Source: an uncultured Gemmatimonadales bacterium
GTDB taxonomy: Bacteria; Gemmatimonadota; Gemmatimonadetes; Gemmatimonadales; GWC2-71-9
Direction: 5' to 3'
Length of the DNA stretch: 64,000 nt
Assembly (NCBI GenBank): GCA_963695555.1
Contig: CAVOGR010000005.1
Coordinates: 352,001 to 416,000 of the forward strand
Below are positions 43,854-54,309 of this stretch, piece by piece (the first letter of the stretch is position 1; each line of letters opens with the position of its first letter). The notes under the pieces are model-generated. The model saw only the letters and a program-made list of their open reading frames with translations. It had not been told where the DNA came from and made no database searches. The position numbers and the translations under genes are program-made.

Positions 43854-44126
43854 TCAGCGTACGTCGAACGAGGTGCCGGCGATTTGGTCAGGAGGCAGCT
43901 CGGTCACGTCGAAGCCGGTCACCCGTGCCAGGCTCGGCCCCTCGCGAAGGTCCCGCTCGAGCCGCGCGATCGCGTCCGTCGCGCCCGAGGCCACCACCTC
44001 CACCGATCCGTTCGGAAGGTTCCGTACCGAGCCGACGATGCGGAGGTTCTGGGCCCTGCGCAGCACGAACCAGCGGAACCCCACTCCTTGCACCCTGCCG
44101 CTCAGGACGTAGCGTCGCGCGATCAT
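43854..44126 (-). CDS. acyP: Acylphosphatase
   Basis: GRVQGVGFR, VRNLPNGSVE, GPSLARV; ATGA overlap gives the start. Confidence 0.92.
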   Translation of the reverse strand: MIARRYVLSGRVQGVGFRWFVLRRAQNLRIVGSVRNLPNGSVEVVASGATDAIARLERDLREGPSLARVTGFDVTELPPDQIAGTSFDVR

Positions 44127-44749
44127 GCCGAACGGGCTCGCCGCCTTCGATACCACAGTATGTAGCCCCCGAGCACCAGAACGATCAGCGGAAGCAAGTA
44201 GAGCAAGGCGCGCCTGGTATACGTGTGCACCGCCGCGACCCGAAGCGTTTCCTCGTGTCGGCCGAGGAGAAAGCCGATGTACACCAGAACACCGGACCAG
44301 ATGCCCGCGCCGAGTGCGGTAAACCCGACGAAGCGGGCCAGGTTCATCCGGGCGATCCCGGCCGGCACGGAGATCAGCTGCCGCACCACCGGTACCAGCC
44401 GACCGATGAAGGTGCCGATCTCGCCGTGACGCCGGAAGAACGCCTCGGCCCGGTCGAGCTTGTCGTTGGACACGAAGAAGTAGCGGCCGTGCTTTCGGAG
44501 AAACGGCTCGCCCACCCACACCGCGATGTAATAATTGAATAGCGCACCCAGTATGCTGCCGAGCAATCCGGCGCCGGCCGCGACGAAGGCGTTCATCTGC
44601 CCCTTCGCGGCCAAGTACCCCGCCGGCGGCAGCACCACCTCGCTCGGAAACGGCACGAACGAGGACTCGATAAACATGAGCGCGGCAATGCCCGGGTATC
44701 CCAGGGCGAAGATCGTGTCGGTGAGCCAGCGGATGGCGGTCTCGAACAT
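44123..44749 (-). CDS. DedA family membrane protein
   Basis: ESSFVPFPSEVV..PAG, GRLVPVVRQLISVPAG. Confidence 0.92.
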   Translation of the reverse strand: MFETAIRWLTDTIFALGYPGIAALMFIESSFVPFPSEVVLPPAGYLAAKGQMNAFVAAGAGLLGSILGALFNYYIAVWVGEPFLRKHGRYFFVSNDKLDRAEAFFRRHGEIGTFIGRLVPVVRQLISVPAGIARMNLARFVGFTALGAGIWSGVLVYIGFLLGRHEETLRVAAVHTYTRRALLYLLPLIVLVLGGYILWYRRRRARSA

Positions 44750-44752
44750 GGG

Positions 44753-45418
44753 CTACTTGGGAAACCCGTGCTGGCCGACCAGCGGGACGAACCTGACACC
44801 GCCCAGGCTCTCACGGCGAAACTCGTCCCCAGCGCGAGTAATCAAGGTGAGGTCTTGGTTCTCGCGGTCGCCGAGCGGCACGACCAGCCGGCCGCCGTCG
44901 GCCAGCTGCTCGAGCAGCGGCTTCGGCGCATCCGGCGACGCGGCCGACACCAGGATGGCATCGTAAGGCGCAAAGGCGCTCCATCCCAGCGTGCCGTCAC
45001 CTACCAGCACCGTGACGTTCCGGATCTCGATCTCCTCCAAGGCCGCTCGGGCGGTGTCGGCAAGCGCACGATGTCGCTCGACGCTGAATACCATGCTCGC
45101 CAGGACGCCGAGCAGGGCTGTTTGGTATCCCGACCCGGTGCCGACTTCCAAGACCTTCTCGTAACCGGTCAACTTGAGGGCCTGAAGATACATGGCCTGC
45201 ACCAACGGCTGTGAGATGGTTTGGCCGTTGCCGATCGGCAGAGGCGAATCCTCGTAGGCCCGGTGCCGCACGCTCTCGGGCACGAAGGAGTGCCGCGGCA
45301 CCTGGTGGATGGCCGCGAGCACAGCCATATCACGGATGCCCTTGCCGCGCAGCGTCTCGACCAGCTGCGTGCGGTAACCGCCGTAGCTGTCGCCCTGCCC
45401 TACGTGTCGAGATCCCAT
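44753..45418 (-). CDS. pcm: Protein-L-isoaspartate O-methyltransferase
   Basis: VPRHSF, LPIGNGQTISQP, VLEVGTGSGYQ, APYDAI, FVPL. Confidence 0.95.
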   Translation of the reverse strand: MGSRHVGQGDSYGGYRTQLVETLRGKGIRDMAVLAAIHQVPRHSFVPESVRHRAYEDSPLPIGNGQTISQPLVQAMYLQALKLTGYEKVLEVGTGSGYQTALLGVLASMVFSVERHRALADTARAALEEIEIRNVTVLVGDGTLGWSAFAPYDAILVSAASPDAPKPLLEQLADGGRLVVPLGDRENQDLTLITRAGDEFRRESLGGVRFVPLVGQHGFPK

Positions 45419-46149
45419 GCGTGCACCGTTTCGATCAGATCGTAATTGGTGAGATCCATGTGGAGCGGTGTCAGCGATACCCAACCCTCGGCCACGGCCC
45501 GGTGGTCGGAGTCCTCGCCGCCGGTCCAGGTGACCGTGCCGCCGCCAATCCAGAAGATCTCCCGTCCCCATGGATCCTTCATCCTGGTTAGCGATTCCGA
45601 AAAAAACCGGCTACCGAGGCGCGTGATCTTGAGGCCCCGCACCTCCGACGCCGGCCGGTCGGGCAGGTTGATGTTGAGAATGGTATCGGCCGGAAAATCG
45701 CGCACCGAGGTGATGCGCTTGACCAGGCCGGTGAGGATGTCCTTGTAGGTCGCGAGGATGTCGGGCGCCTGCCCGGTAAATGAAATGGCAATGCCCGGCA
45801 CGCCGAGCGTCACCCCTTCCATGGCGGCGGCCACCGTGCCGGAGTAGAGCACGTCCTCGCCCATGTTAGGGCCGTGGTTGACGCCGGAAAAGACAAACGC
45901 AGGCCGCTCGGGCAACAGGCCGCCCAAGGCCAGGAGCACACAGTCGGTCGGTGTGCCGTCGACCTGGTAGGCCCCATCGGGCCGTCGCGCGGCACGGATG
46001 GGCCGGTGCATGGTGAGCGAGTGCGAGGTGCCGCTTTGCTCGCGGTCCGGCGCTACGACCGTGACCTGGCCCACGCTCTGACAGACCTCCGCGAGGAGGC
46101 CGATGCCGGGCGCGATGATGCCGTCGTCGTTGCTGACGAGAATATGCAT
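45400..46149 (-). CDS. surE: 5'/3'-nucleotidase SurE
   Basis: ILVSNDDG, GTPTDCV, SGVNHGPNMG, YSGTVAAA. Confidence 0.96.
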   Translation of the reverse strand: MHILVSNDDGIIAPGIGLLAEVCQSVGQVTVVAPDREQSGTSHSLTMHRPIRAARRPDGAYQVDGTPTDCVLLALGGLLPERPAFVFSGVNHGPNMGEDVLYSGTVAAAMEGVTLGVPGIAISFTGQAPDILATYKDILTGLVKRITSVRDFPADTILNINLPDRPASEVRGLKITRLGSRFFSESLTRMKDPWGREIFWIGGGTVTWTGGEDSDHRAVAEGWVSLTPLHMDLTNYDLIETVHAWDLDT

Positions 46150-46158
46150 CCAGTGAAT

Positions 46159-46545
46159 TTAAGCGGGTGGCTCGGTCGGCGTCGGTTCCCTGCCCGCGAG
46201 GATGTCCAGCGCCTCGTCGAGGCCCGCACGCAACTCGGAGATGGTCTCCTGGCCCAACGCCAGCTTGGCCATCTGCTTGAGCTGTCCCTCGCGCCGGTAG
46301 TGGTCGATCTGCTGCCGGGCGCCCTCGATGGTGTACTTTTCGGTGTAGAGCAAGTTTTTCACCAACATGATCAGATCCACCTCCTTGCTCTTGTACACCC
46401 GGTTCCCGGCCCGGTTCTTGGCGGGACTGAGAAACCGGAACTGGCTCTCCCAGTAGCGGAGCACGTGCGGCTTGAGGTCGGTGAGGTCGCACACTTCACC
46501 GATCGAGTAGAACTCCTGCATCGTTCGTGGCATCGTTAGGCCCAC
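46159..46545 (-). CDS. MerR family transcriptional regulator (start may be a few codons downstream)
   Basis: YSIGEV...HVLRYWESQF...R.Y...LLY..KYTIEGA. Confidence 0.9.
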   Translation of the reverse strand: MGLTMPRTMQEFYSIGEVCDLTDLKPHVLRYWESQFRFLSPAKNRAGNRVYKSKEVDLIMLVKNLLYTEKYTIEGARQQIDHYRREGQLKQMAKLALGQETISELRAGLDEALDILAGREPTPTEPPA

Positions 46546-47534
46546 CGTTCCGCTTTCAAGTCACGCCCCATGAGCTCGGCCACCGTTGCGCCCGGCGGCT
46601 TCCCCTCGAATAGGATCTCCGCCACCTTGGCGGTGATCGGCATTTCTACGTGGTGCTTTGCGGCTAGACGCACCGCGGCGCGGGCGGTGTTGACGCCCTC
46701 GGCCACGGTGCGGTGCCGGGCGGCGTAAGCCTCGAGCGTCTCGCCCCGGCCCAAGGCCACACCCAAGGAGTGGTTCCGGCTCTGTGGCCCGAAGGCCGTG
46801 AGCACCAAGTCGCCCATGCCGGCCAGACCGGCGAAGGTATGCGGGTCTGCCCCCAGCGCGTCGCCGAGCCGGGCGATCTCGGCCAGACCACGGGTGATGA
46901 GTGCCGCACGCGGGTTGTGCCCCATTCCCAGGCCTTCGAGGATCCCGGCCGAGATCGCGATCACGTTCTTCAGGGACCCACCCAGCTCGACCCCGACCAC
47001 GTCGGTGTTGGTGTAGATCCTGAGCCGTGGCGCCGAGAACACCTCTTGCGCGGCCTCGGCATGGCTCAGCTCGTCCGACGCCGCAACCACCGCGGTGGGC
47101 TGCCCGTCATAGACCTCGCGGGCAAAACTCGGCCCCGACAGCACCGCGAGCGGCCGGCCCGGCAAGCAGTCGGCCAGGACCTCGTGCATGAGTTCGAGGG
47201 TGTCGGTCTCGATGCCCTTCGTGGCGCTGACCACCAGGGTATCGGCGCCGACATGCCCACCGAGTGCCGCGACCACCGACCGCACCGCATGACTCGGAAT
47301 CACCGAGAGCACTACTGGCGCGCCTGTAACCACCTGCGCCGCATCATTCGAGGCACGGATCGATTCCGCAAGCGGGCATCCCTTGAGGAACACCGGGTTC
47401 TCGTGCCGGCTATTGATTCCCTCCACTACCTCCGCCTCGTAAGCCCAGAGCCGCACCTCGTGTCCCTTCAGCGCCAGGACGTTGGCTAGAGTCGTGCCCC
47501 AGCTACCGGCCCCCAATACGGCGACCGTCGTCAT
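46536..47534 (-). CDS. gpsA: NAD(P)H-dependent glycerol-3-phosphate dehydrogenase
   Basis: GAGSWG, TKGIE, SGPSFA, LKNVIAI, GLAGMGDL, SRN. Confidence 0.96.
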   Translation of the reverse strand: MTTVAVLGAGSWGTTLANVLALKGHEVRLWAYEAEVVEGINSRHENPVFLKGCPLAESIRASNDAAQVVTGAPVVLSVIPSHAVRSVVAALGGHVGADTLVVSATKGIETDTLELMHEVLADCLPGRPLAVLSGPSFAREVYDGQPTAVVAASDELSHAEAAQEVFSAPRLRIYTNTDVVGVELGGSLKNVIAISAGILEGLGMGHNPRAALITRGLAEIARLGDALGADPHTFAGLAGMGDLVLTAFGPQSRNHSLGVALGRGETLEAYAARHRTVAEGVNTARAAVRLAAKHHVEMPITAKVAEILFEGKPPGATVAELMGRDLKAERWA

Positions 47535-48163
47535 GACTCGCTTTTCCCCGCAGCACGCTTGGCATCGGTGCCGCGGCGGCCGAACCGGTTCTCCGTGCCG
47601 CTCAACAGGCGCCGGATGTTACTCCGGTGCATATAGATGATGAGCGCCGCCAGGGCGAGGTCGAACCAGATGGTGCCGCGGCGTCCGGGCTGGAACAGAT
47701 AGACCGCGACCGGATAGACCAGGGCGGCACTGATCGATGCCACAGAGACGTAACCGGTTGCCGCGACGAGTCCGATCCAGACCACCAGGGCCGCGGCCGC
47801 GGCCAATGGCGAGACGGCGATGACCACGCCACCGGCTGTGGCCACGCCCTTCCCGCCCTTGAACCTGAGGAACGGCGAGAACATGTGCCCCAGGACGGCT
47901 ACCAGGCCGCAGCCGAGCCCGAACAGGAGCGATGGCCGAGCCAGTGGTGCGATGGCCAGGACGGCGACCGTGCCCTTGGCGATGTCGAACAGGCCGGAGG
48001 GGACCGCGTACTTCCAGCCCATCACCCGGTACAGGTTGGTCGCTCCCAGATTGCCGCTGCCTTCGTGCCGGAGGTCGACACCATTGGCGCGGGCGATCAG
48101 GTAGCTCGACGGGATGGCTCCTATGAGGTAGGAGAGAAGGATGGCCGCGACGGCAGTGGCCAT
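47531..48163 (-). CDS. plsY: Glycerol-3-phosphate acyltransferase PlsY
   Basis: GSGNLGATN, DIAKG, FKGGKGVAT, HRSNIRRL. Confidence 0.95.
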   Translation of the reverse strand: MATAVAAILLSYLIGAIPSSYLIARANGVDLRHEGSGNLGATNLYRVMGWKYAVPSGLFDIAKGTVAVLAIAPLARPSLLFGLGCGLVAVLGHMFSPFLRFKGGKGVATAGGVVIAVSPLAAAAALVVWIGLVAATGYVSVASISAALVYPVAVYLFQPGRRGTIWFDLALAALIIYMHRSNIRRLLSGTENRFGRRGTDAKRAAGKSES

Positions 48164-49485
48164 CAGCGCGCACTGGCGCGCTGGCGCAGCTTGAGCCGAA
48201 TGGGCGACCCGGTGAAGCCCCAGTGGCGTCGGAACCCGTTGATCAGGTAGCGCTGGTACGACTCCGGGACTGCGGCCGGCCGGTTGCACACGATGGCGAA
48301 CCGAGGCGGCGCGGTACCGATCTGCGACCCGTAGAGCAACTTGACCTCCTCGCCGGGCTTCTGCGGCGGCGCCGCCCGCTTGATCAACTCCTGCAGCACC
48401 CGGTTCACCTCCGCCGTCGCCACGCGGTGCTCACGAGCTTCGGCCACCTCGAGGATCAGGTCCAACACCTTTCGGGCACGCAGCCCCGTGAGCGCCGACG
48501 CATAAAGGAAGGGCACGTGCGCCAGGAACGGTGCCCGCTCCGTTATGGCTCGTTGGCCCTCCGTGGCGGTATTCGAGTCCTTGTCCTCCACCAGGTCCCA
48601 CTTGTTCACCACCACGACCAGGCCGGCCCCCCGGTCCCACGCCATGGTGGCGATCCGGAGATCCTGCACATGAAGCCCCACGGTCGCGTCCACGAGGAGG
48701 ACCGTGACCTGGGCCCGGTCGAGTGCCCGGGCGGTGCGGAGCGAGGAGTAGAACTCAATATCATCTTCTACTTTAGTTCGTTTTCGTAAGCCCGCGGTAT
48801 CAATGAAGTTGAGGATCTTGTCGTGATAGCGCAAGACCGAATCGGTCGCGTCGCGTGTGGTTCCGGCCTCGGGGGCCACGACATGGCGGTCCTCGCCGAG
48901 GAGGCAATTCACCAGCGAGGACTTGCCTACGTTGGGCCGGCCCACCACCGCCACCTGGATGGTCTCCTCGCCTTCCTCGGGTGCCACGGGCGGCAGCTGC
49001 TCGGCGACAACGTCCAGCAGGTCGCCGCTGGCCTTGCCGACCGCGGCCGACACGGCGTGGGGCTCTCCCAGGCCCAGGGCGTAGAAGTCCATGTGGGCGG
49101 TGGTGTCGGGCAGATGGTCCAGCTTGTTCACCGCCACCACCACCGGCCGGCCCAGCTTCCTCAACAGGCCAGCGATCTCCTCGTCGACCGGATGGAGCCC
49201 CTCCTTCCCGTCCACCACCAGGAGGATCAGGTCGGCCTGGGCCACCGCCAGTTGTACCTGCGCCAGGATGGCCCGGTCCATCTGGTCGCGCGATTCCGGA
49301 ATCAGCCCACCGGTATCGATCAGCCAGAAGGCCCTGCCCTGCCATTCAGCCTCGCCGAAGTTCCGGTCGCGGGTGGTGCCGGGGCGTTCGGACACGATGG
49401 CCGGGCGGCCTCCCAGAATCCGATTGAACAGGGTCGACTTGCCGACGTTGGGCCGGCCGACGATGGCGACGGTGGGCTTGCTCAC
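48163..49485 (-). CDS. der: Ribosome biogenesis GTPase Der
   Basis: Two GRPNVGKS G-domains, DTGG/DTAG, NKLD/NKWD. Confidence 0.97.
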   Translation of the reverse strand: MSKPTVAIVGRPNVGKSTLFNRILGGRPAIVSERPGTTRDRNFGEAEWQGRAFWLIDTGGLIPESRDQMDRAILAQVQLAVAQADLILLVVDGKEGLHPVDEEIAGLLRKLGRPVVVAVNKLDHLPDTTAHMDFYALGLGEPHAVSAAVGKASGDLLDVVAEQLPPVAPEEGEETIQVAVVGRPNVGKSSLVNCLLGEDRHVVAPEAGTTRDATDSVLRYHDKILNFIDTAGLRKRTKVEDDIEFYSSLRTARALDRAQVTVLLVDATVGLHVQDLRIATMAWDRGAGLVVVVNKWDLVEDKDSNTATEGQRAITERAPFLAHVPFLYASALTGLRARKVLDLILEVAEAREHRVATAEVNRVLQELIKRAAPPQKPGEEVKLLYGSQIGTAPPRFAIVCNRPAAVPESYQRYLINGFRRHWGFTGSPIRLKLRQRASAR

Positions 49486-50759
49486 GATGCCATGACCCCG
49501 GCGAGCGCGTCGGTGAAGTGGCTGGACAGCCGGACTTCGGTCTCACTGGCGCCGGCGACATCGGCGAAGGACATGTCGTCGATGAAGACGCCGTCGTCGT
49601 TCACCGACTCGGCCGGTAGCAGTGCCAGGTCCAGTGGCCCGGCCTGCCGGAGCGCCTCGAAGAACGCCCGGCCCGGCAGGAGGCCCGCGGTGGTAACCGA
49701 GGCGCCGAACACGGTGTTCTCGAGGGCGTGGAGCTCGAAGCTCGCTCCGGTTGCCTCTTCAAGGGGGCCGAGCAGCTGGGGCATGAGCTGCCCCATGGAC
49801 GTCCCCGTGAATACCCCGATCCGCCGACCCGCCCAACCGCCGATCGCATCGGCCTCTTCCGTGATCCGCTGCTCCAGATACCGCACCGCGCCGACCCCGT
49901 TTTCCACCTGCTCGAACCCGTCGTATTCGGATGCCGGCGGCAGCTCCACCCCGGCGCGGAGGTAGAGCTCGTCGGCCCCGTGGGCCCAGGTGATGCCCCG
50001 CTCACGGCGGGCGACGGTGGCACGTCGCCGGACCAACTCGAGCGCGGCCTGGCACTCGGCGTCGGTCGGTTCCCGTACCAGGCTGTGCTTGCTGTACTCG
50101 GTGAGCCCCACCGGCACGACCGACACGCTCAGGACCGGGTCGCCCATCAGGTACAGGTCGTGGAGCGTCTGCTCGAGCACGGCACCGTCGTTCACCTGGG
50201 GCGACAGCACCACCTGGGTGTGGAACTGGATGCCGTGGCGGGCGAACTCGTGCAGTTGCTCGAGCACATCCGGCGCGTCGGGGTTCCGGAGCAGGTAGCG
50301 GCGCACCACGGGGTCCGTGGCGTGCACCGACACGTAGAGCGGCGACAGCCGATACTCGATGATGCGGGCGATGTCCTTCTGCTTGAGGTTGGTGAGGGTC
50401 GCGAAGTTGCCGTAGCGGAACGAGAGCCGGTAGTCGTCGTCCCGGATGTAGAGCACGTCGCGCATGCCGGGCGCGAGCCCGTCGACGAAACAGAAGTCGC
50501 AGCGGTTGGCGCAGCGCCGAATCCGGGGCGGCTCGAGCACGACCCCCATGGGCAGGTCTTCGGGGCGCTCGATGTCGAATTCGACCGTCTGGCCGTCGGG
50601 CTGCCGCGCCAGGAGCCGGAATCGGTCGTCCGCCGTATGGAACTCCCAGTCGAGGAAGTCCTCGAGTTCCCGGTCGTTGACGGCCAGGACCTCACTGCCC
50701 GGCTCGAGCCCGATTTCGGCCCCGATCGATTCGGGGTGAACGGCGACAACTTTGATCAC
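49482..50759 (-). CDS. DUF512 / PDZ radical-SAM-like Fe-S protein
   Basis: CANRCDFC, DDDYRLSF, QVENGVG; commonly next to der. Confidence 0.88.
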   Translation of the reverse strand: MIKVVAVHPESIGAEIGLEPGSEVLAVNDRELEDFLDWEFHTADDRFRLLARQPDGQTVEFDIERPEDLPMGVVLEPPRIRRCANRCDFCFVDGLAPGMRDVLYIRDDDYRLSFRYGNFATLTNLKQKDIARIIEYRLSPLYVSVHATDPVVRRYLLRNPDAPDVLEQLHEFARHGIQFHTQVVLSPQVNDGAVLEQTLHDLYLMGDPVLSVSVVPVGLTEYSKHSLVREPTDAECQAALELVRRRATVARRERGITWAHGADELYLRAGVELPPASEYDGFEQVENGVGAVRYLEQRITEEADAIGGWAGRRIGVFTGTSMGQLMPQLLGPLEEATGASFELHALENTVFGASVTTAGLLPGRAFFEALRQAGPLDLALLPAESVNDDGVFIDDMSFADVAGASETEVRLSSHFTDALAGVMAS

Positions 50760-50955
50760 GTAGGTCCGTGTGGTAGAGAGGGCCGAAAGCTCGCGGTTTG
50801 ACGGGCCCCAAGGCAAGGCTCGGCCCGGTATTCGGAATCGGTCTATCCCCTACTCCCACCGCCTCTTGCGTCCCGGAACCCCAGACCGTAAGCTGTGACC
50901 AGCTTTGCGCGCACCCTCAGAACCGGTTGAACCATCAACGTTGTGAGGACGTCTT

Positions 50956-53900
50956 ATGCTGCTCTCCCGTTTGTCAGCCCGATTCGTATTCACAGTCCTG
51001 GCCCTGGCCGGGGCCGCGGCGCTCCTGGCCCGTCCGGCGGCGCTCGAGGCCCAGGCCCAGGCCACCACCGGTGTCGTCCGCGGCGTCGTGTCGGATACGG
51101 CAGGCAGTCCGCTGCCGGGCGCCGAGGTGGTGCTGCTGAACCCGGCCACCAACTTCCGGCTCACGATCACTACCAACGCCTCGGGCGTGTACGTCGCCGG
51201 CCTGTTGCCGGTCGGGAACTACGACGTGACGGCCCGGTCGTTAGGCTATCGCGCCGCGAAACGAAGCGGGGTCCCCGTCCGCCTGGGCGCCACCGTGCCG
51301 CTCGACTTCGCGCTTCCCCGCCAGGCCGTTCAGCTCGAGGAGCTGGTCGCGACCGCCGAGGAGCCGCTGATCAACGTGGGCAAGGTCGAGTCGTCCACCC
51401 GGTTGGACGAGGAGGTCGTGCAAGGCCTCCCCAACAACGGACGCAACTACCTGAACTTGACACTCCTGACCCCAAACGTCGCGATCACCCAGGGCCCCGA
51501 CGGTGACGAGCTCACCATCGCCGGCCAGCGCGGCATCCACAACAACGTCTCGGTGGACGGCGCCGACTTCAACAGCCCGTTCTTCGGCGAGCAGCGCGGC
51601 GGCCAGCGGCCGGCCTTCACCTTCAACCTCGACGCGATTGAGGACATGGTGGTCGTGGCCTCCGGCGCCAACGCCGAGTTCGGCCGCTCGGGCGGCGGGT
51701 TCGTCAACGTGCTCACCAAATCGGGCACCAACGAGTTCAGCGGCTCGTTGCACTACTTCGGCAAGTACGATCCACTCTCGGCCAATTTTGCGCATGACGC
51801 CATCGTCGAAGAGCCGGACTTTAAACAGCACCAGTTCGGAGGCACGTTCGGTGGACCGCTTGTCAAGGACAAGGCCTTCTTCTTCCTGGCCTACGAACAG
51901 CAGGAATTCAATTCCACCAAGCAGAAGGACGAGAACCGGATCGACCCGGCGCTCCGGGCCTGGATGGACACGGCCTACTCGGGCGCGCTGGCCGACGACT
52001 ACGGCCCGATCGCGCGGACCAACGACGCCAAGGCGCTCCTTGCCAAGGTCGATTTCCAGCTGAACGATCGGAACCGGGCGACGCTCAAGTACAACTTTGC
52101 CGACGCCGAGCAGGTGCTTGGCACCTTCGATGCGGATCCGTGGGGGCGAAGCGCCAACGGCATCGAGAAGGTTCGCTCGCACGCGATCAACGGCAGCCTG
52201 TCGTCGCTGCTCTCGTCCAGCGTTTCGAACGAGTTTCGGTTCCAGTGGGCCCGGGAGGAACGACCCAGGCCATATCCAGGGCCGATCAACCCATTGACCG
52301 ACAGGCCATTCCCCGATACGGGCATGGACTTCGGCGCCGGGTACCGCTTCGGCATGCCGTTCTTCCTGCCGATCAATACCGCGTACGACACCCGGATTCA
52401 GGTGCTCGACAACGTCTCGTTCGTGACCGGGAACCACCTCATCAAGGTGGGCGGCGAGTGGAACCGGACCAAGACCAAGCAGACCTTCCTCGGGTTCGGC
52501 AACGGGCGCGCCATCTTCGGCTCGGTGGACGGTTTCCTCGGTTTCGTCGAGAACGGTCCCAACTATGTCGAGTGCTTCGACGACGTCTCGGGCGCGTTCA
52601 CCGGCACGGACAACAACGCCACCTGCCCCGCCGGTAGCTCGATTGGTGGTCCCGTCATTTTGTACCTTCAGAATGCCGGCGTCAGCCCGGTCACCTTCGA
52701 AGAGGCCGGCACCCAGACCATCGAGCAAAACGAGCTGGCGCTGTTCATTCAGGACAGCTGGAAGCCGCAGTCCAACGTCACCATCGACTACGGTGTCCGG
52801 TGGGAGGCTCAGATCCAGCCCGATCCGATCACGCCGGCCGACCAGGTGTTCTTCGAGCCGTTCATCGGCCAGACGGTGACCACCCCGGCGGGGAGCTTCA
52901 AGTTCCCGTCCGACGGCACCATCCCGAGCGACTACAGCATGTTCCAGCCGCGGCTGGGTATCGCCTGGGACGTGAACGGAGACGGTACGTCGGTGCTCCG
53001 CGCCAGCGGGGGCCTCTACTTTGCCCGGACCCCCCAGCTCAACCTGGCGAGCGTCAGGAGCACCAACGGCTCGCGGGGACAGGGCTTGTTCGGCAGCAGT
53101 GCCACCATTCCCTTCGGCTTGGGCCCGCCGGCGTACGGCGAGCTGCTGCCGGATCCGAGTGGCGGTCCGTTCCGTCCGACTGTCTACGTAGCGGACGAGG
53201 ACTTCCAGAACGCCCGCACCCTCACGGCGACCGCAAGCTACGAGCGGGAGCTTGGTGCTGGCATCGCGGGAGCCATCACCTACACCTTTGCCAAGACCGA
53301 CAATCTGCTCCGGTTCCTCGATCGGAACGACGCCGCGTTTGGTGATGGGAACCTTGGTCCCTTCTCGGAATTCGACGGCTTCGGAACAGGGTCGAATGGC
53401 GTCGGCCAACTCTGGACGCTCACGAGCGATGCCAAGTCGCGGTATCACGGCTTCACGGTGAGCCTCAAGCGGACCACCGACCCGAACGTCCAGTTCCAGA
53501 TCAACTACACCCTGTCGTTCGACAAGTCGGACGACGACAACGAGCGCGACCCGTTCACGCTGCGCTACGCCGACATCACCAATCTCGACGCCGAGTACAA
53601 CTGGAGCGACCGCGACCAGCGGCACCGGGTGAACGCCTTCGCGCTGTTCCGGCTGCCGTACGACATCATGCTGAACAACCGGGTGAGCTTCTACTCGGCT
53701 CAACCAACGTCAGAGAGCTGTGGCGCGGGGAATGTGGGAACCGGCGATCGAGCGGGCACGCCGCAGGACCGGATCTGTGGCGACGGCTCGATCCTCAAGC
53801 GGAACACGCTCCGGCGGGACAACGAGTTCTTCTCGTGGGATCTCCGCCTCTCCAAGATCTTCCCGCTGGGCGGGCAGAGCGGCTACGTCGAGGCCATCGT

Positions 53901-54039
53901 CGAAGTGTTCAACGTGTTCAACACCGACAACTTCAAGGACCCGCCGTTCGGCGGCTTCCTGTTCAACTTCGACGGCACGCTCCAGACCGGACTGGGCACA
54001 CCCCGGCAGCTCCAGACGGGTATCAAGTACGTGTTCTAG
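50956..54039 (+). CDS. TonB-dependent receptor with carboxypeptidase-regulatory-like N-domain (Oar-like)
   Basis: Signal peptide, LPNNGRNY, AEFGRSGG...TKSGTN, FIQDSW, PRLG, C-terminal KYVF. Confidence 0.93.
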   Translation: MLLSRLSARFVFTVLALAGAAALLARPAALEAQAQATTGVVRGVVSDTAGSPLPGAEVVLLNPATNFRLTITTNASGVYVAGLLPVGNYDVTARSLGYRAAKRSGVPVRLGATVPLDFALPRQAVQLEELVATAEEPLINVGKVESSTRLDEEVVQGLPNNGRNYLNLTLLTPNVAITQGPDGDELTIAGQRGIHNNVSVDGADFNSPFFGEQRGGQRPAFTFNLDAIEDMVVVASGANAEFGRSGGGFVNVLTKSGTNEFSGSLHYFGKYDPLSANFAHDAIVEEPDFKQHQFGGTFGGPLVKDKAFFFLAYEQQEFNSTKQKDENRIDPALRAWMDTAYSGALADDYGPIARTNDAKALLAKVDFQLNDRNRATLKYNFADAEQVLGTFDADPWGRSANGIEKVRSHAINGSLSSLLSSSVSNEFRFQWAREERPRPYPGPINPLTDRPFPDTGMDFGAGYRFGMPFFLPINTAYDTRIQVLDNVSFVTGNHLIKVGGEWNRTKTKQTFLGFGNGRAIFGSVDGFLGFVENGPNYVECFDDVSGAFTGTDNNATCPAGSSIGGPVILYLQNAGVSPVTFEEAGTQTIEQNELALFIQDSWKPQSNVTIDYGVRWEAQIQPDPITPADQVFFEPFIGQTVTTPAGSFKFPSDGTIPSDYSMFQPRLGIAWDVNGDGTSVLRASGGLYFARTPQLNLASVRSTNGSRGQGLFGSSATIPFGLGPPAYGELLPDPSGGPFRPTVYVADEDFQNARTLTATASYERELGAGIAGAITYTFAKTDNLLRFLDRNDAAFGDGNLGPFSEFDGFGTGSNGVGQLWTLTSDAKSRYHGFTVSLKRTTDPNVQFQINYTLSFDKSDDDNERDPFTLRYADITNLDAEYNWSDRDQRHRVNAFALFRLPYDIMLNNRVSFYSAQPTSESCGAGNVGTGDRAGTPQDRICGDGSILKRNTLRRDNEFFSWDLRLSKIFPLGGQSGYVEAIVEVFNVFNTDNFKDPPFGGFLFNFDGTLQTGLGTPRQLQTGIKYVF

Positions 54040-54058
54040 TCCCTCACCTTCACCGACA

Positions 54059-54092
54059 CACGAAGGGCCCGGCTACGGCCGGGCCCTTCGTG
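54059..54092. terminator. Hairpin between convergent genes
   Basis: CACGAAGGGCCCGGC-TACG-GCCGGGCCCTTCGTG, 15-bp perfect stem. Confidence 0.75.
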
Positions 54093-54117
54093 CGTCTGGA
54101 TCCATTAGCGCCCCGCG

Positions 54118-54309
54118 TCAGGCGGCCTCCGCGGCCGGATGCACCAGGATGTCCCGGGCGATCTCCGGATCGAGCGCCAGCTCGGTCTCGTCCACCTTTA
54201 CCACGCAGGCCGGACGTTGCTGGATCACCGTGATCCGGGCGCCGGGCACCATGCCGAAGACCGCCAGACGCTGGTGCCTGGGCGACGTGGTCGAGCCGTA
54301 CATCATCCG
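54118..54309 (-). pseudogene. 3' fragment of a FeoA-domain gene, truncated at the junction
   Basis: RLAVFGMVPGARITVIQQRPACVVKVDETELALDPEIARDILV. Confidence 0.75.
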